The translations under genes were made by a program, and so were the position numbers. Under the pieces are notes generated by a model. The model searched no databases and was not told the origin of the DNA. It worked only from the letters and a program-made list of their open reading frames with translations. From Felis catus (lineage: Eukaryota): a stretch of 64,000 nucleotides of DNA. This document shows positions 51,020 through 64,000 of this stretch, one piece after another. Location of the stretch: contig NC_058368.1 of assembly GCF_018350175.1 (NCBI RefSeq), forward strand, positions 213,778,001 through 213,842,000, given 5' to 3'. Numbering within the stretch: position 1 is the first letter of the stretch; the number at the start of each line of letters is the position of its first letter.

Positions 51020-52330
51020 TCCAGATCCTCTGACGAATTCTGCTAGGTGTGGGCAGAAACTCTGAGGTACTCTAAATACAAAGAACTCCACAGATCTTCC
51101 AAACCCAAAACAAGGTGCTCATTATTGACAGCCTCAGCCAAGATGCCACCTTCTCATGGCACCCAATTTTCAGGGTATCAGTAGTCTCGATCACAAAGTG
51201 CTGAGCCCTGACACGAGTTCTCACTGCTGGAAACGAAGAGACATCTTACACTCCTCATGGGGATTGGAAGGCCCTGTGTATTTTTCCTGGGAGATGCACA
51301 AAGCTAAGCCCAGCAGCTCTGGCCGTGCCATGTCCACGAAGAGCACAGAACACCATGCCACAGGAATCTTGCCCACAACGACTCCCACCAAGACCAGGGT
51401 GTATAGCACCACTCAGTCACAATTTGCTCTTGGTTCTCTCAAAAAATAACCTTGGGATTTCCTTGCTCCGAGCTTTGAGAGAGCGTCTAGAGAAAGAGAA
51501 ATGTTGGAGGTCGCAGGGGCTAACAGCCCCCAGTGCAACTATAGATGTGCAAAGAACTCCAGCTGGAGCGGGAGTCGCGGTGGGGAGGGCCAGTGACCCA
51601 GGCCTGCGCTGAGGCCACGTCTCACTCTGCCCACGCCAGAAGGCTTTCATGAAGCCCTCAGTGTATGGTTTGTTTGTGTGGCTACGTGCTTTACAACATT
51701 CACTGACACTGATTTTCATGAGATATTCCCACAGTGGATCATGTATGCACTAAGGGCCTTGGCTGAGGCTTACGCTTTTCTACTAATTAAAAATTAAGGC
51801 TCCCTAAAGGAAAACTGCTGACCCAGAAATTAAGACAAGCACAGTGGGAAATTTAAAAAAAAAAATGCACAATTTCTTCCTCCGCCTGTCCATTTCCTGT
51901 AACTGTCCCTCAAAGTGCTTTCTGTGCCCATTGTTTCCACATGAGAGCCCTGTTGGGGATTAAAAACACACACAAAAAAGGAGGAAATGAGTAATCTATG
52001 TGGAAATGCTCAAATCAATAATTGTATCCCGGTAGTAATTGCTAAGAATTGTTGCAGTCTGAAGATACAAGTGGTAATGCCTCAATAACTAGAATGATGT
52101 CTTAAAGGAGTTTTCCATGCTCTATGAGGGTATGGAGGGGGAGCCCTCTTGAAGCAGGAGAAAGGTTGTCAAAGCACTCTGCAACTTGGAACGTGGCCTG
52201 TGTTTCAGCTTCTCATCCAGCTAATTTCCTACTTACGCAGAGCGAGGCCGGCTTGATGACACAGGCATATTCTATCAGGTTGGCTTGGCAGTTAGTGGTC
52301 TAGGACTGGGTAGCCACGCAGAGAAGCCTT

Positions 52331-52541
52331 GGGGTGCTTGGGTGGCTCATCGGTTAAGTATCAACCCTTGATTTTGGCTCAGGTCATGATCTCACAGTTT
52401 GTGAGATCAAGCCCCATATCTGGCTCTGTGCTGACAAGTGGAGCCTGCTTGGGATTCTCTCTCCCTCTTTCTCTGCCCTTCCCCACTCCTCCCCACCTCA
52501 CACACACACACTCTCTCAAAATAAATAAATAAACTTTAAAA
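52331..52541 (+). mobile_element. CanSINE
   Basis: TSD gagaag(c/t)ctt. Confidence 0.93.
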
Positions 52542-54272
52542 AGAGAGAGAAGTCTTATGTGAGGAAGGGAATTAATTCTCCCCATTGTTTGGAGCTCTTT
52601 TCCTGAATTTGACATTCTTCGCTGAGCTAGGTGAGCAGAAGTAGACGCATGTGGGCACCCAGGACAGGCTGTCCCATAAGACAGAGGGTAGGGTCTAAGT
52701 CACAGGCTCTGTCACAAACACACACAGCCAGCCAACTGTAGGTCAAGTGACTTCCTGGAGAGGCCTCGCTTTCTCATCTCATATTTGCAATAGGACCCTT
52801 GGGACTTCCTAAACAAAGCCAGATTTCTGAATGAGTGAAATCTTAATGAATGTCCTTCATTTTCCACGTGGCTGGCAGTACTTGGGCAGTGATTAGACAA
52901 GTCATAAACACTCTCATTCAGTTAAATAGGACAGTTCTCTTTCCTGCTCCTGTGTGCCAGGAATGAGACCTCTTGGGATGGCAAAAAGTAGGTCTCCCAA
53001 TAGAGTGTTAACAGCCAAAGATCATGATTTTTGTCCAAACCAGTGGGTGAGCCAAGTAGCTAGGTCAGCTCTTCTATGCCCTGGCAACATTTCAGGGTCT
53101 TCAATCTGCACATCAGCATAACCTTGCTCATCTGCAAGGTGCTTTGTATATGCCAGGCACTGAACTAGGAATGAGGGTGCATAAACAGGAAGGCCCTAAG
53201 TCCTGATTATGCAACAAGGTAGGTAGTAGCTCCATCTGGACAAATGGGACTCTTCATGCCAAAGGGTGGCCCAGTTGGTTGCCAGTGTAGCCACAGACCA
53301 AGTATAGAAGCGGCCATGCTACCTGACGGGCCCTGAGGGTGACTTCTCCATCCACAAAGTCTTTGCTAACTGCTGGAGGACACTGTAGAACGACTGAGAG
53401 CTGAGGAACCTGGGTGTGTCCTCAACTCCTCACTGAATGTGTGGTCATGAGCAAAACCCCTTACACTCCCTCAGTCAGAGGTTCTTCATCTATAAACAGA
53501 GGGTGAAAAATATCTTGGGCCCCATACTAGGAAAGAGTATGGGAAACAGTATTTACAACTGTAAAGCACTGTATAGCTATAGTTTTACACAGATATAGAT
53601 TCATCACTTGAATAGATCCTGTCATTTAATACATGTCTGGTCCCTGGACAAGCACTTTTCGTAACATTTTCCACACAGATAAATACCAAGGGCAGACAGG
53701 TTAGGGAGCCCCATTACAAGGGTTTTGAATATCCTTCTTGCCCCTCTCTTAATCTAAATGGGGCCCATGTTTGCTTCCTCAGATAGCAATGTGAGTACAG
53801 ATACTCACGGTACATTTTCGCCTGACATAGCAGAGATTTGACCTTACAGAGTGAGTTAGTGCAGCTTCTTAGATTTTTTTTTTTAATCAGTTACAAATAT
53901 CACCATTACCCCCTGCCCAGGCGGCACAAAGACATAAAATTACATGCTTTCAGATCTTCTGGTGTTTTGTTCTGTTTTGCTGCTTGTATTTAGGTACAAC
54001 TTAAGACTGTCACATTGTGTGATCTGTTTCCCAGCTTTAATGGGGGCTGGTGGTGGTGAGCACAGCTCAAAAGAAAAGTATTTGCATTGTTGAATAACCC
54101 GATCTGACAATGGTGGTCTAATATGCGGTCTCACACACAGGTATAACTTTAGATACCATAAATGAGTTATTTTACACATCCAAATGAATGTTTTCCTTCC
54201 AGAAATATCTGAAGGGAAAAAGTTTAATGTTGTTTTAAAAATGTTCTGAAGAGGACTTATCCAAGAAGACTA

Positions 54273-54486
54273 TTTTTTTTTTTTCAACGTTTATTTATTT
54301 TTGGGACAGAGAGAGACAGAGCATGAACGGGGGAGGGGCAGAGAGAGAGGGAGACACAGAATCGGAAGCAGGCTCCAGGCTCTGAGCCATCAGCCCAGAG
54401 CCTGACGCGGGGCTCGAACTCACGGACCACGAGATCGTGACCTGGCTGAAGTCGGACGCTTAACCGACTGCGCCACCCAGGCGCCC
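54273..54486 (-). mobile_element. Young cat-type CanSINE (SINEC_Fc-like)
   Basis: CpG-retaining 'cctggctgaagtcggacgcttaaccgactgcgccacccaggcgcccc'; TSD AAGAAGACTATTTTT. Confidence 0.98.
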
Positions 54487-57271
54487 CAAAGAAGACTATT
54501 TTTAAGTTTGTCAGTTTGAAAGTACTAATTTGAGGGTGTCTACTAAAATCAGTCACCTTATTTTATTTATCAACATTATGTACATCTGTATGGTGTGTTA
54601 ATATTCAAAATATTTAACAACTGGTACAGTTAGTGCACCCACCAATTGGAACAGACCCAGCCTGAATGCAGTGCCAGGACATGCCGGCTGACTATCGGGC
54701 AGTAAAATAGATAAAACGATTCACATGCCTTGAGTAGTCTGGGATATTTAAACCCCAGTACTACAGATGGAGGACAGATTCTATCTTCGAGAACTCTTGA
54801 TCTTAGAATATATGGTAAACTCAGATGAACTGGGGCAGGAACAAGACCACTCAAGGAACAAATTGTTCCCAGTGAGAGTTCTTGCTTTCTATCCAGTGAA
54901 AAAGCAGTCCAAGGGCTTAGGATCTTTTCAGATATTAAAGATTTATTTAAGCTTATTACCCCACTCATAATGATATTTTGCTATTATAGCCGATGGCTCT
55001 GCTTTTCATAACGTTGATGCAAAGATGACTGCTCCCTCATGGCTAGGTCAACCTAACATATGTAGTCACTAAGCAATTTAACCCAAACCCAGGAGTTCTC
55101 TTCTATTTCTCTAGGTAATTACACTGGTATAAGCTTCATTTAGTCAATCTAGCTGCATTTTGTGCTGTTCTGAATCACCATTCCTCACAATTAACCAGTC
55201 AGCTCCACACATGCTATTTTGAAAGACAAGTCTATCAAACTATTCCTGACATTGAGCCAAGGCTCTCCTTTGCCATATCTTTCACCCTCTTTTGCTCGGC
55301 CCAAATAATAGACTCACTTGCTGGTGTTTCATATCTCAGACATTTCTAGGTTTTAGGAATCTATTTCCCATCTAGTACTTGACCTCATTTCAAGTTCATC
55401 CTTCAGTTGGTTTATCTGGAAGTAAGAAGTTTAGGGACTATTTCAACACAGGATGATGACCAAAATTAAAACAATAATATTATAGCCTTGAATCTAACAA
55501 CATATCAAAATGCTCTTTACCCTTATTGCTCTTTCTTTGTTGTAACGTCAACATTAAATAAAAGAAGTCTTATCCACGATCTTTAGACAATCTCTTTTGT
55601 ATGTACTCAAGTCACTCTTAATTTTGTATCTCTGTTATTTAACAGCATTTATTACATCAGATTGTAGTTATTTGTTCATCTTCCAGATTACGGGTTCCTC
55701 AAGGGTAGGGAATGTGCCTTATTGATCTTTTGCCCCCTACCACCTAACACAGGGCCTGGCATGTCATATGAATTATAAACATGGGGTGTGTATGTATGTG
55801 TATGGAAGAGAGAACTCAGGTCACTCTGGTACTTATTTTGTAAGTACTTTGACTTGTACCAAGTCATTCATCGATGGTGAACCAAGTGGCCTGGCTGATA
55901 TTTTCATAAAGGAGGTAGTTCATGCTATGAGATAAGATTAGGTACCCAGAGTTTCTAATCCTACAAGGAGACTAACAGCAAAACTCCCAGAATCAAGTCC
56001 CTCAGTAATGACTCCTTAACACTGTCAGGGGCATGTAACCACTATAAAGATAAGGACTCAAGTATTTACTGCATTCCAGAAGAAGCCTCAGTCTTTATTA
56101 TTCTAAGAGCCACATGGAGACTATAAAATACCCAGATTTATACTACAGACAAAATATAAGTTAACTTGTTGGGCCATTTTAAAATCCAATCCACATGTCC
56201 CTGAGGAATTCACTAACTGAGGAATTCACTAACTGTTCATGATTAAAGAAGAAGCTTCTAGGCACCAAGCCATTCCATCTTCTATGGGGTCACCTTTACT
56301 CCCATCTTGTGTCCGATGACAATTAGTCACTCAGCTTAGTCTTATCTTAATCAGCATCTCCATAAAGCTGGATTAAACAATTCTTGACATTATCCAACAA
56401 TGCTTTCTCCTAAATTATTTTATGACTTTTGTACTCAAAGTCTGCTTTTTTATTTATGATGATTCCTGAGAGTTCAGATTTTTGTAAAAAGTTAAAAGTT
56501 TGCACTTAACCCCAAGGCCTAAAGCCTTTAACTTTAAGATTCTTTCTGTCTTCTCTGTCTCTCTGGATTTTTACCCCACTGAATGTCATCTGAGTAGAAG
56601 AAGCATGCCTTGACTGGGGTTGAATGGCTGTGTAGAATGCTTCTCTGGTTAGATGTGTCACACTGTTGGGTAGAGTGTCACATCTTCACCTAGTCATGGT
56701 CAGATCAAAACCCATTACCAGGCAGCTATACTTTTTGGCAAAGAGAACACTTCTCTGCTATTAGCTATTGCTGCCTTTCTGTTCTTCCTTTTAACCATCA
56801 AATTCCATTGCATATTCCAAATAACATGTTTCAACCTAATGATAGCTGTTGCATTAAAGGGAATTCCATAGAATTAAAAGGGGAAAAGTAGATTTAAAAC
56901 TAAGGGTAATATATATACCTGGGAGTATAACTCTTGGAAGCTGCCTGAAACAATTTTTAACCTTACTCAATTCCATGAATAATTTAAAAACACAAAGAGC
57001 AGAGTGCTTGACACATAAAAGGCACTGGATAAATATTTATCCAATGATTGCATGAATACTTCTGCATTTAAAAAAAATCTCCATATTTACCAATTAATTT
57101 GCATTAGGGTAAGTATCACACATTTTAAGGGCATAGACCCATGTGGCCAGTTCAGAAATGTTTTCTTCAGTACTAATAACTACCACTTCCTTGAAAAGGC
57201 AGAATCCCACATGAATGGCTTAAAAGGCCTACAAAGTTCTCTTAATTTCCTTGTATAATCTCTATACCTAG

Positions 57272-57670
57272 GCTGACCAATAAAAGTTTCTGCAATGATA
57301 TGGAATATATCTGCATTGTCCACTACAGAAGCCACAAGCCACATGTGGCTCCTTAGCACTTGAAATGTGGCTGGTTGGGATGCCTAGGTGGCTCAGTCAG
57401 TTAAACATCCAACTTTTGATTTTGGCTCAGGTCATGATCTTGCAGTCATGAAACCAAGCCCCTGTGAGGTCATGAGCCCCACATGAGCTGAGCCTGCTTG
57501 GGATTCTCTCTCTCGCTCTTTCTCTGCCCCTCTCCCACTTGCTCTCTCTCTCTCTCTCTCAAAGTAAATAAATAAACTTAAAAAAAAAAGAAATGTGGCC
57601 AGTGCAACTAAAAAATTGAATTTTAAATTTTATCTAATTGTAATTAAAATGTAAGTAGACACGTGGCCAC
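57272..57670. mobile_element. MER3-like hAT element split by a CanSINE (about 57377-57590, +)
   Basis: 'gctgaccaataaaagtttctgcaatgat..agccacaagccacatgtggctccttagcacttgaaatgtggc'; SINE TSD gaaatgtggc. Confidence 0.85.
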
Positions 57671-57869
57671 AACCCTGTAAAAAGATCAGAAAAACAAAAT
57701 TTGAAACATAGGAGAACACATTTAAAGGCATTCCTATAAGTCTTCACCATTTTTACTCTCCCACTGGGGGGACGGTTTATTCATTTATCTGAACTTCCAT
57801 TACTGTGATCATTTTTTAATTTTGTAGTTTTAAGGATGGTTAATGCTGTTCCATCAACCAATTCTTTGC

Positions 57870-58010
57870 TCTGTGGTTCTTAAACTTGGCTGTGCATCAG
57901 CATCACCCCCAGAGATGCGATTCAGCAAGTCTGGGAAGGGGACTGGGCATCTGTGTTTTTTAAGCTCCACAGATGATTCTGATCTGCAGCCAGGCTTGGG
58001 AACGACTCCT
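57870..58010. mobile_element. MER5A-like remnant
   Basis: 'gtggttcttaaacttggctgtgcatcagcatcacc..gattctgatctgcagccaggcttgggaacgact'. Confidence 0.75.
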
Positions 58011-59934
58011 TTACACCAGAGATCCCAAACCAGCAGCCCTGGGGCCAAATACACCCTCAAAACATATGTTCATCCCACACAGTGTTTTAAAATGTTTTGA
58101 ATTAGTTGCCAACTTCTACAAATTGTATTTTTTTATCAAAAAAAAAAAAAAGTGGAGTTGAGTAAAGGCTGCCCCCTTTGGATATAGAGCATAACTTTGG
58201 TTCAATACTACTTCCATCTTGTACTGGCCCAGCTCCCAGCAGACATTTGGTTTGAGACCCCTTTCTCATTCCATAATCTAAGTAATACTTGCCAAAACGG
58301 GCAGAAATTCCTTTATATCAATGCACCATTCCTAGGAGGAAGTACCAACTATTTTATCCATGGGGCTGCCTATAATCATCCTGGCAGGCTCAAGAATATT
58401 ATCCCACCATCTTGTAAAACCCCAAGTAAGTATGATAGAATTCTCAAAAGAGAATGCCCACCCCCCCCCAACCCAGGACCATGAGAGTAATACTGTTCAG
58501 AGACAAATCATTAAATTGAAGGAAAAAATGGTCTTACTTTTTATTTTTTATACCCTGAATACCCTCACCTAGAGCTCCCTAAGGTGAGCCAAGACATCTT
58601 TGTTAAAATTCCTATCTCTATATATAAAAAAAAATTTTTTTATGGCTCTCCCATCCTTCATCCAGTTTCCTTTTCAATATGTTTGTGTTCAGCCATGGTT
58701 TCTCAGCATTAAAAAACAGCCAATCACACTTGTTTGTCTTTCTCTTTCTTAAGAATCCCCTATAATAATAGCTAATAAATGAAAATACATAAGCCCAAAC
58801 AATGAGATACAAGGTAAAAGGGCCATTAGTTGAGGAAAACTAGATAGAGGAGTGTTAATTAATTTAGAAGGGCAGAGGAGGCTTAGCTTTGGAGTATTTG
58901 TGGAAACAGTAGATCTTTTCTGCAAAAACTACATGCATGTCAAACATTTTGCAATCAATTTTGGGGGTTTCACAGGTCCCTGAATCCCATCCACTGATTC
59001 CTAGTAGAAAAAGCTATCCACCTGAAATAAGACACACTACTTGATAAATACTTATACTGGATACAAAGCACCAAAATGTCAGCCATAGCTCTGCCATCAT
59101 TTTGAATCAAATACTATGATTAGGCTTTATTATTAACAAAAAGGAATACCATTAGGCTTTAAGTAAAATGCAAGGAATAAATAGTCTCCATCCCAGGGTC
59201 ATGTAAAACTGTCATCTAGAACGTATAGCTAAAGGCACAGTGGATTTCTCGGCATACAATAAATATGTGACATTTGAATTTTTAAACAAATCCTTAGAGA
59301 CATCCATGACAAGAACGGAGACATTTCCTAAAATTGCACACATTGGAGAGAGTCGCTTGATGCCTTAGCCTGGTCAGTTCCACTAACTCAAAGTGGACTA
59401 TTTTGCTCCTTTTCTTTCCCCCTGGGTAGCAGTTGGTTCCACCACTGAAGTGATAAACTAGGAGTCACCTTAAGGCATAAACACGCAACATGAAACAATC
59501 TTATTTACTAATTTGAATTCCACGTCTGACAGGCACCAAAGGTATAGTAAAGAAGTTTTTCTTTTTTTTTCCTGCAAGATGGCCTGCAGTTTTGTTTCAG
59601 CCACTTGAGAATGTTTACACCGTTCACACATCTTGATTTCCCCCCATAGGCTGCATCTCTCCAAAGCTAGAGATTCTGCTGGTGGCCCCTCCTCCATATC
59701 TTAGTTCTCACTGTGCTCCATTCTATTCCTCCTCCATGTCCCTCTTGCCCTTGTGGTAATGGCTGGTGGCCATTGCTAGCCTCTGGGTGCCTCAATATCC
59801 CTTGTTTGTTCCCTTATCTATATCTCTGAAGGAGTTTCCTTATTGAAGTCCCTTCTTTGGAACTGGTTGAGGTAAGGTCAAGATAAAATCCTCTTTCTGC
59901 TAGGACCATCGTGGACCCACTTCATCATCTTCTA

Positions 59935-60102
59935 TTTTTTCTTTTTTTAAATGCTTATTTATATTTGAGAAAGAGTGTGAGAATCCAAAATGGGCTATGC
60001 ACTGACAGCAGAGGGCTCCAAGGAGGGCTCCAACCCACCAACCATGAGATCATGACCTGAGCCAAAGTCAGATGATTAACCAACTGAGTCACCTAGGCAC
60101 CC
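59935..60102 (-). mobile_element. CanSINE
   Basis: 'accatgagatcatgacctgagccaaagtcaga..ctgagtcacctaggcaccc'. Confidence 0.9.
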
Positions 60103-60454
60103 AGTCCATCTTCTTTTCAAAGAGGTGAATCAGAAAGAAGAGAAGAAAAATGCTTGAGGAAGAGAAAGAAACAATATGGTTTTAAAGATAAGAGTTAACC
60201 AGGTAACAGCAAAACTGAAACTCATCAAAAAGAAAATGCTCTTTTCTTTGCAATGGATGCCTAGTAAGAGGTTACTTAGTAAAATGGTCACCAACCTACT
60301 CTTCAACTTTGCCTTTAACAAAAGCCAGTCTTGATAAACATTTCACTAATTTCCATCTTTTGTTTATTCATCTCAAAGCGAAAATGAAACGTCTATTTAT
60401 TGAGTACATACGGTGTGCTTATAACTCTTGATAATACTTTAAGATATCATTCTT

Positions 60455-60668
60455 CTTATTTTTTTAAATGTATTTATTTATTTTGAGGCAGAGAGAGAAT
60501 GAGCAGAGGTGGGTCAGGGAGAGAGGGAGAGAGAGAGAGAGAATCTAAAGCAGGCTCCATGTTATCAATGCAGAGCCCAACGCAGGGCTCTAACCCATGA
60601 AGCGTGAAATCATGACCTAAGCAGATCAAGAGTCAGACTCTTAACTGACTGAGTCACCCAGGAACCCC
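60455..60668 (-). mobile_element. CanSINE inside a MIR
   Basis: T tail, (GA)n, 'ctgagtcacccaggaacccc'. Confidence 0.92.
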
Positions 60669-61831
60669 TACTTAAGGCATTATTAATCTCCTTTTAGAGA
60701 AGAGGGAACTGAGGCTCTGAGGTAGCAAATAATTTTCCCAGAATCAGATAGCAAGCAGGGGTTAAAGCCAGAATTAATAACTTAGCAAGTATGATTTCAT
60801 ATAGAAATTGCTTTTTTGTATTATTGCAAAGTATTTTTATTTGTTTTGGCCACAATCTTCAGATGCTTTTGATGCTCTGCAAAACAATCTTATTTTGCTT
60901 AATTTTTTTATTAAAACAGTTGATCACACCTGCTATTTTTTGTCTTTCTTGAGATTCTTCTATAATTATAGTTAACAAATGAAAAATGTAAGACCAACTG
61001 GTGAAATAAAAGATAGAATAGCCCTCAGCTGGCGAAAAAAAAAATAGAAGATGACTATTATTCTTTCTACCCTAGCCTAAGTCTCTGTCACTGTCTCTCC
61101 TGGAGAATGCCCACAGCAGAGGATGTACCATGTAGGCAAACAATTAGAAGTTTCTCCCTGGAGAAATTGAATGGTCCTAAAGAAAAGACCTGCATTTTTT
61201 TTTTTTTTTTTTGACTCTCTGGGTTCTCTGAGATAAGCCTATTGCTTCCACATGATCACTCTTCAGCAAAACTGAAAAACTTGCTTATAAACACAGAGTT
61301 CCCAGTCCAGCTTTTCTGTGTCCCATTCTTAAATCTAAATGAGTAGATAGGGATCACCAGGCATTTGAGCTCCTTAAACATGCAAGAAAATTTCTGAGAT
61401 AAAAAATTCACTGGATGAGATTGCAATCAGTTGGATACTACAAAAGAGAAGATCAGTAAATTAAAAGAGAAGAAAACAGGAACTATCCATACTAGAAAAA
61501 CAGAGAAAACCAGTAGTATGTAAAAAATGAGTAGTCTCAGAGTCTTGTGTAACAACTGGAAACCTAGAAGGGGAAGAAAGAAAATGGTACAGAAAGAAAT
61601 ATTTGAAGATAAAATTTGATGAAATATATCAGCTTAAAAATCCAAGAATTTTGATCAGAATAAGCACAAAGAAACCCATACTAGGCATATTATTGTCAAA
61701 TTAGTCAAATGACTAAAAAATCACAGATAAAAAGAACATTTTAAAAGCAGCCAGAGAAAAAAGATACATTACACAGAGGGGCACAGTGATGAGTTGGCCT
61801 TGAATTCTCAGTCAGAAATGATGAAAGCTGT

Positions 61832-62290
61832 GGGGCGCCTGGGTGGCTCAGTCAGTTAAGCGTCTGACTTCGTCTCAGGTCATGATCTCATGGTTCGTGA
61901 GTTCAAGCTCCGTGTTGGGCTCTGTCCTGACAGCTCAGAGCCTGGAGCCTGCTTCAGATTCTGTGTCTCCCTCTGTCTCTGCCCCTCCCCCACTCACACT
62001 CTGTCTGTCTCTCTCACACACAAATAAACATTAAAAATTAAAAAAAAAGAAATGCTGGGGCGCCTGGGTGGCTCAGTCAGTTGAGCGTCCAACTTCGGCT
62101 CAGGTCATGATCTCACAGTCTGTGAGTTCGAGCCCCATATCGAGCTCTGTGCTGATGGCTCAGAGCCTGGAGCCTGCTTCCGATTCTGTGTCTCCCTCTC
62201 TCTCTGCCCCTTCCCTGCTCATGCTCTGTCTCTCTCTGTCTCAAAAATAAATTAAAAAAAACATTAAGAAAAAAATTAAAAAAAAAAAGA
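61832..62290 (+). mobile_element. Two tandem CanSINEs (about 61832-62049 and 62057-62290)
   Basis: Two full units; target site agaaatg(a/c)tg present three times. Confidence 0.96.
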
Positions 62291-62335
62291 AATGCTGAAA
62301 GCTGTAATAGAGAGGATCAACATCTGTTAAGTGCT

Positions 62336-62338
<3 letters not shown>

Positions 62339-62372
<34 letters not shown>
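62339..62372. repeat. (CA)n microsatellite
   Basis: Direct reading. Confidence 0.95.
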
Positions 62373-62375
<3 letters not shown>

Positions 62376-63087
62376 TGCCTATAATCTTGAAATTCTATAT
62401 TCAGAAAACAATTCTTCAAAAATGAATGCAAACTAAAGACATCTTTTTGTTAAATGAAAGTTGAGCAAATTCATTATCAGCATTTCCAAATGACAAGAAA
62501 GGTTAAAGAAAGTGTTCTTAGGCTGAAAGAAAACAATATTATGTAGAAACTCAGATCTACACAAAGGAACAAAGAGTGGCAGTAATGGTAAAAAAAAAAA
62601 TTGTGGGCAAATAGAAATGAATTTTTCTCTTGTGTGTGTTTTTTAAATTTCCTTCAGGGATTTTTGACTGTTGAAAGCAAAAATAATAATACTTTGTGGG
62701 GCTTATAATGCATGTAGGAGTAAAAATATGACAAAATAGTATGAAAAACAAATGAGAGGAAATTACAGTGTATTTGCACTTATTTTATGTGGAGTAATAC
62801 AATACTATTTGAGGATAGAATGTGGTAAGTTAGAGATATATGTTGTAAACCCTAGAGCAACGACTGAAAGCAAGAAAACAAAAAGGTCTAGCTAATTAGC
62901 GATAGAAAATGAAATGGATTACTAAAAAGTATTCAGTGAATCCTAAAGGAGGCGAGAAAAAGGAGAAAAGATACAAAGACATAGGGGAAAAAGGGAAATA
63001 AATACAAGAAATATTTTCTTAAAGCCAATCATATTAATAATTAAATTAAATATAAATGTACTATATAGATCAATTAAGAGAGATTGC

Positions 63088-63209
63088 TGGGGTGCCTGGG
63101 TGGCTCAGTCAGTTAAGTGTCAGACTCTTGATTTCAGCTCAGGTCACCATCTCATAGTCATGAGATCAAGCCCTGCATGGGGCTCCATGCTGGGCATGGA
63201 GCCTGCTTG

Positions 63210-63254
<45 letters not shown>

Positions 63255-63283
63255 AAAATAAATAAATAAACATTAAAGAAAAG
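63088..63283 (+). mobile_element. CanSINE
   Basis: TSD AGAGAGATTGCT. Confidence 0.94.
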
Positions 63284-63362
63284 AGAGATTGCTAAAACGG
63301 ATTAAAAAACAAGACCTGATATATTCTGTCTACAGGGAATATACTTTAACAATAAAAGTGCT

Positions 63363-63582
63363 GGAGCACCCAGGTGGTTCAGTTGGTTAAGGGTCCATTG
63401 TCAGCTGTGGTCATGATCTCACAGCTCATGAGTTTGAGTCCTGCATTGGGCTCTGTGCTGACAGCTCAGAGCCTAGAGCCTGCTATGGATTCTGTGTCTC
63501 CCTCTCTCTCTGTCGCTACCCAACTCGTGCACTCTCTCTCTCTTTCAAAAATAAATAAACATTAAAAAATTAAAAAAAAAAC
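63363..63582 (+). mobile_element. CanSINE
   Basis: TSD AACAATAAAAGTGC. Confidence 0.94.
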
Positions 63583-63729
63583 AATAAAAGTGCAGATATG
63601 TTTTTTTCCCCAATCTTTATATTTTTAACCTAAGTCCTCTAAGAGACTTCTAATATGTTCATAGCAACTTGATTCGTGTAACTCAAAACTGGAAACAACC
63701 CAAAGACTCCCACAAAGAGAAAATGGGTA

Positions 63730-64000
63730 GGAGTACCTGGGTGGCTCAAGTGGTAAGTATCCAACTCTTGACTTCATCTCAGGTCAAGTTCTCATAGTGG
63801 GATCAAGCCCTGTATTGGGCTCTGGGCTGGCAGCATGTAGCCTGCTAGGGATTCTCTCTCTCCCTCTCACTCTGCCCCTCCCCCATGCCCTCTCTTTCTC
63901 TCTTAAAATAAATAAATAGGGTACCTGGGTGGCTCAGTCAGTTGAGCATCCGACTTCAGCTCAGGTCATGATCTCATGGCTCATGGGTTCAAGCCCCATG
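63730..64000 (+). mobile_element. Two tandem CanSINEs, the second truncated by the window edge
   Basis: Heads near 63730 and 63919. Confidence 0.92.

Larger units (their letters stand above)
61100..63720 (+). mobile_element. Decayed old L1 (ORF1 and start of ORF2 endonuclease) riddled with CanSINEs
   Basis: A-rich plus strand; ORF1-like 'ttaaaagcagccagagaaaaaagatacattac'; ORF2-start-like 'aaaacggattaaaaaacaagacctgatatattctgtctacaggga' (cf. WIKKQDPxICCLQETH). Confidence 0.75.

Noticed and set aside
56201..56235. Short tandem duplications (CTGAGGAATTCACTAA x2; also near 16580-16630 and 22494-22515)
   Set aside because: Ordinary slippage duplications; two units only, no spacers, not CRISPR-like.

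Overview
Mammalian genomic DNA, almost certainly felid. It carries more than 30 tRNA-derived CanSINEs, including two near-consensus copies of the young cat-type (SINEC_Fc-like) subfamily at 11350 and 54273. I cannot support any protein-coding exon. Where I can assign an origin, the listed ORFs are artefacts of SINEs, microsatellites, the CpG island or fossil LINEs. The central feature is a CpG-island promoter (about 32300-33310) with a probable non-coding first exon on the minus strand. That exon contains a (GGC)9(AGC)5 repeat and ends at a CAG|GTGAAG donor at 32785. If so, 1-32784 is mostly 5' intron of a gene I cannot name (possible second non-coding exon at 865-1020) and 33100-64000 is upstream intergenic DNA. 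The rest is a fossil record of repeats: L1, L2, CR1/L3, MIR, MaLR/ERVL LTRs and hAT DNA transposons. All repeat family names are from recalled consensus similarity, not a database search. I found no evidence for a new multi-gene system. The most interesting signals are: (i) four GC-box+NF-kB composite sites spaced about 33 bp apart just upstream of the first exon; (ii) a polyadenylated retroviral-LTR-like fragment retroposed into the same target site as a SINE; (iii) an intronic L2 remnant that has become GC/CpG-rich; (iv) a CR1/L3 reverse-transcriptase fossil split by an L2.
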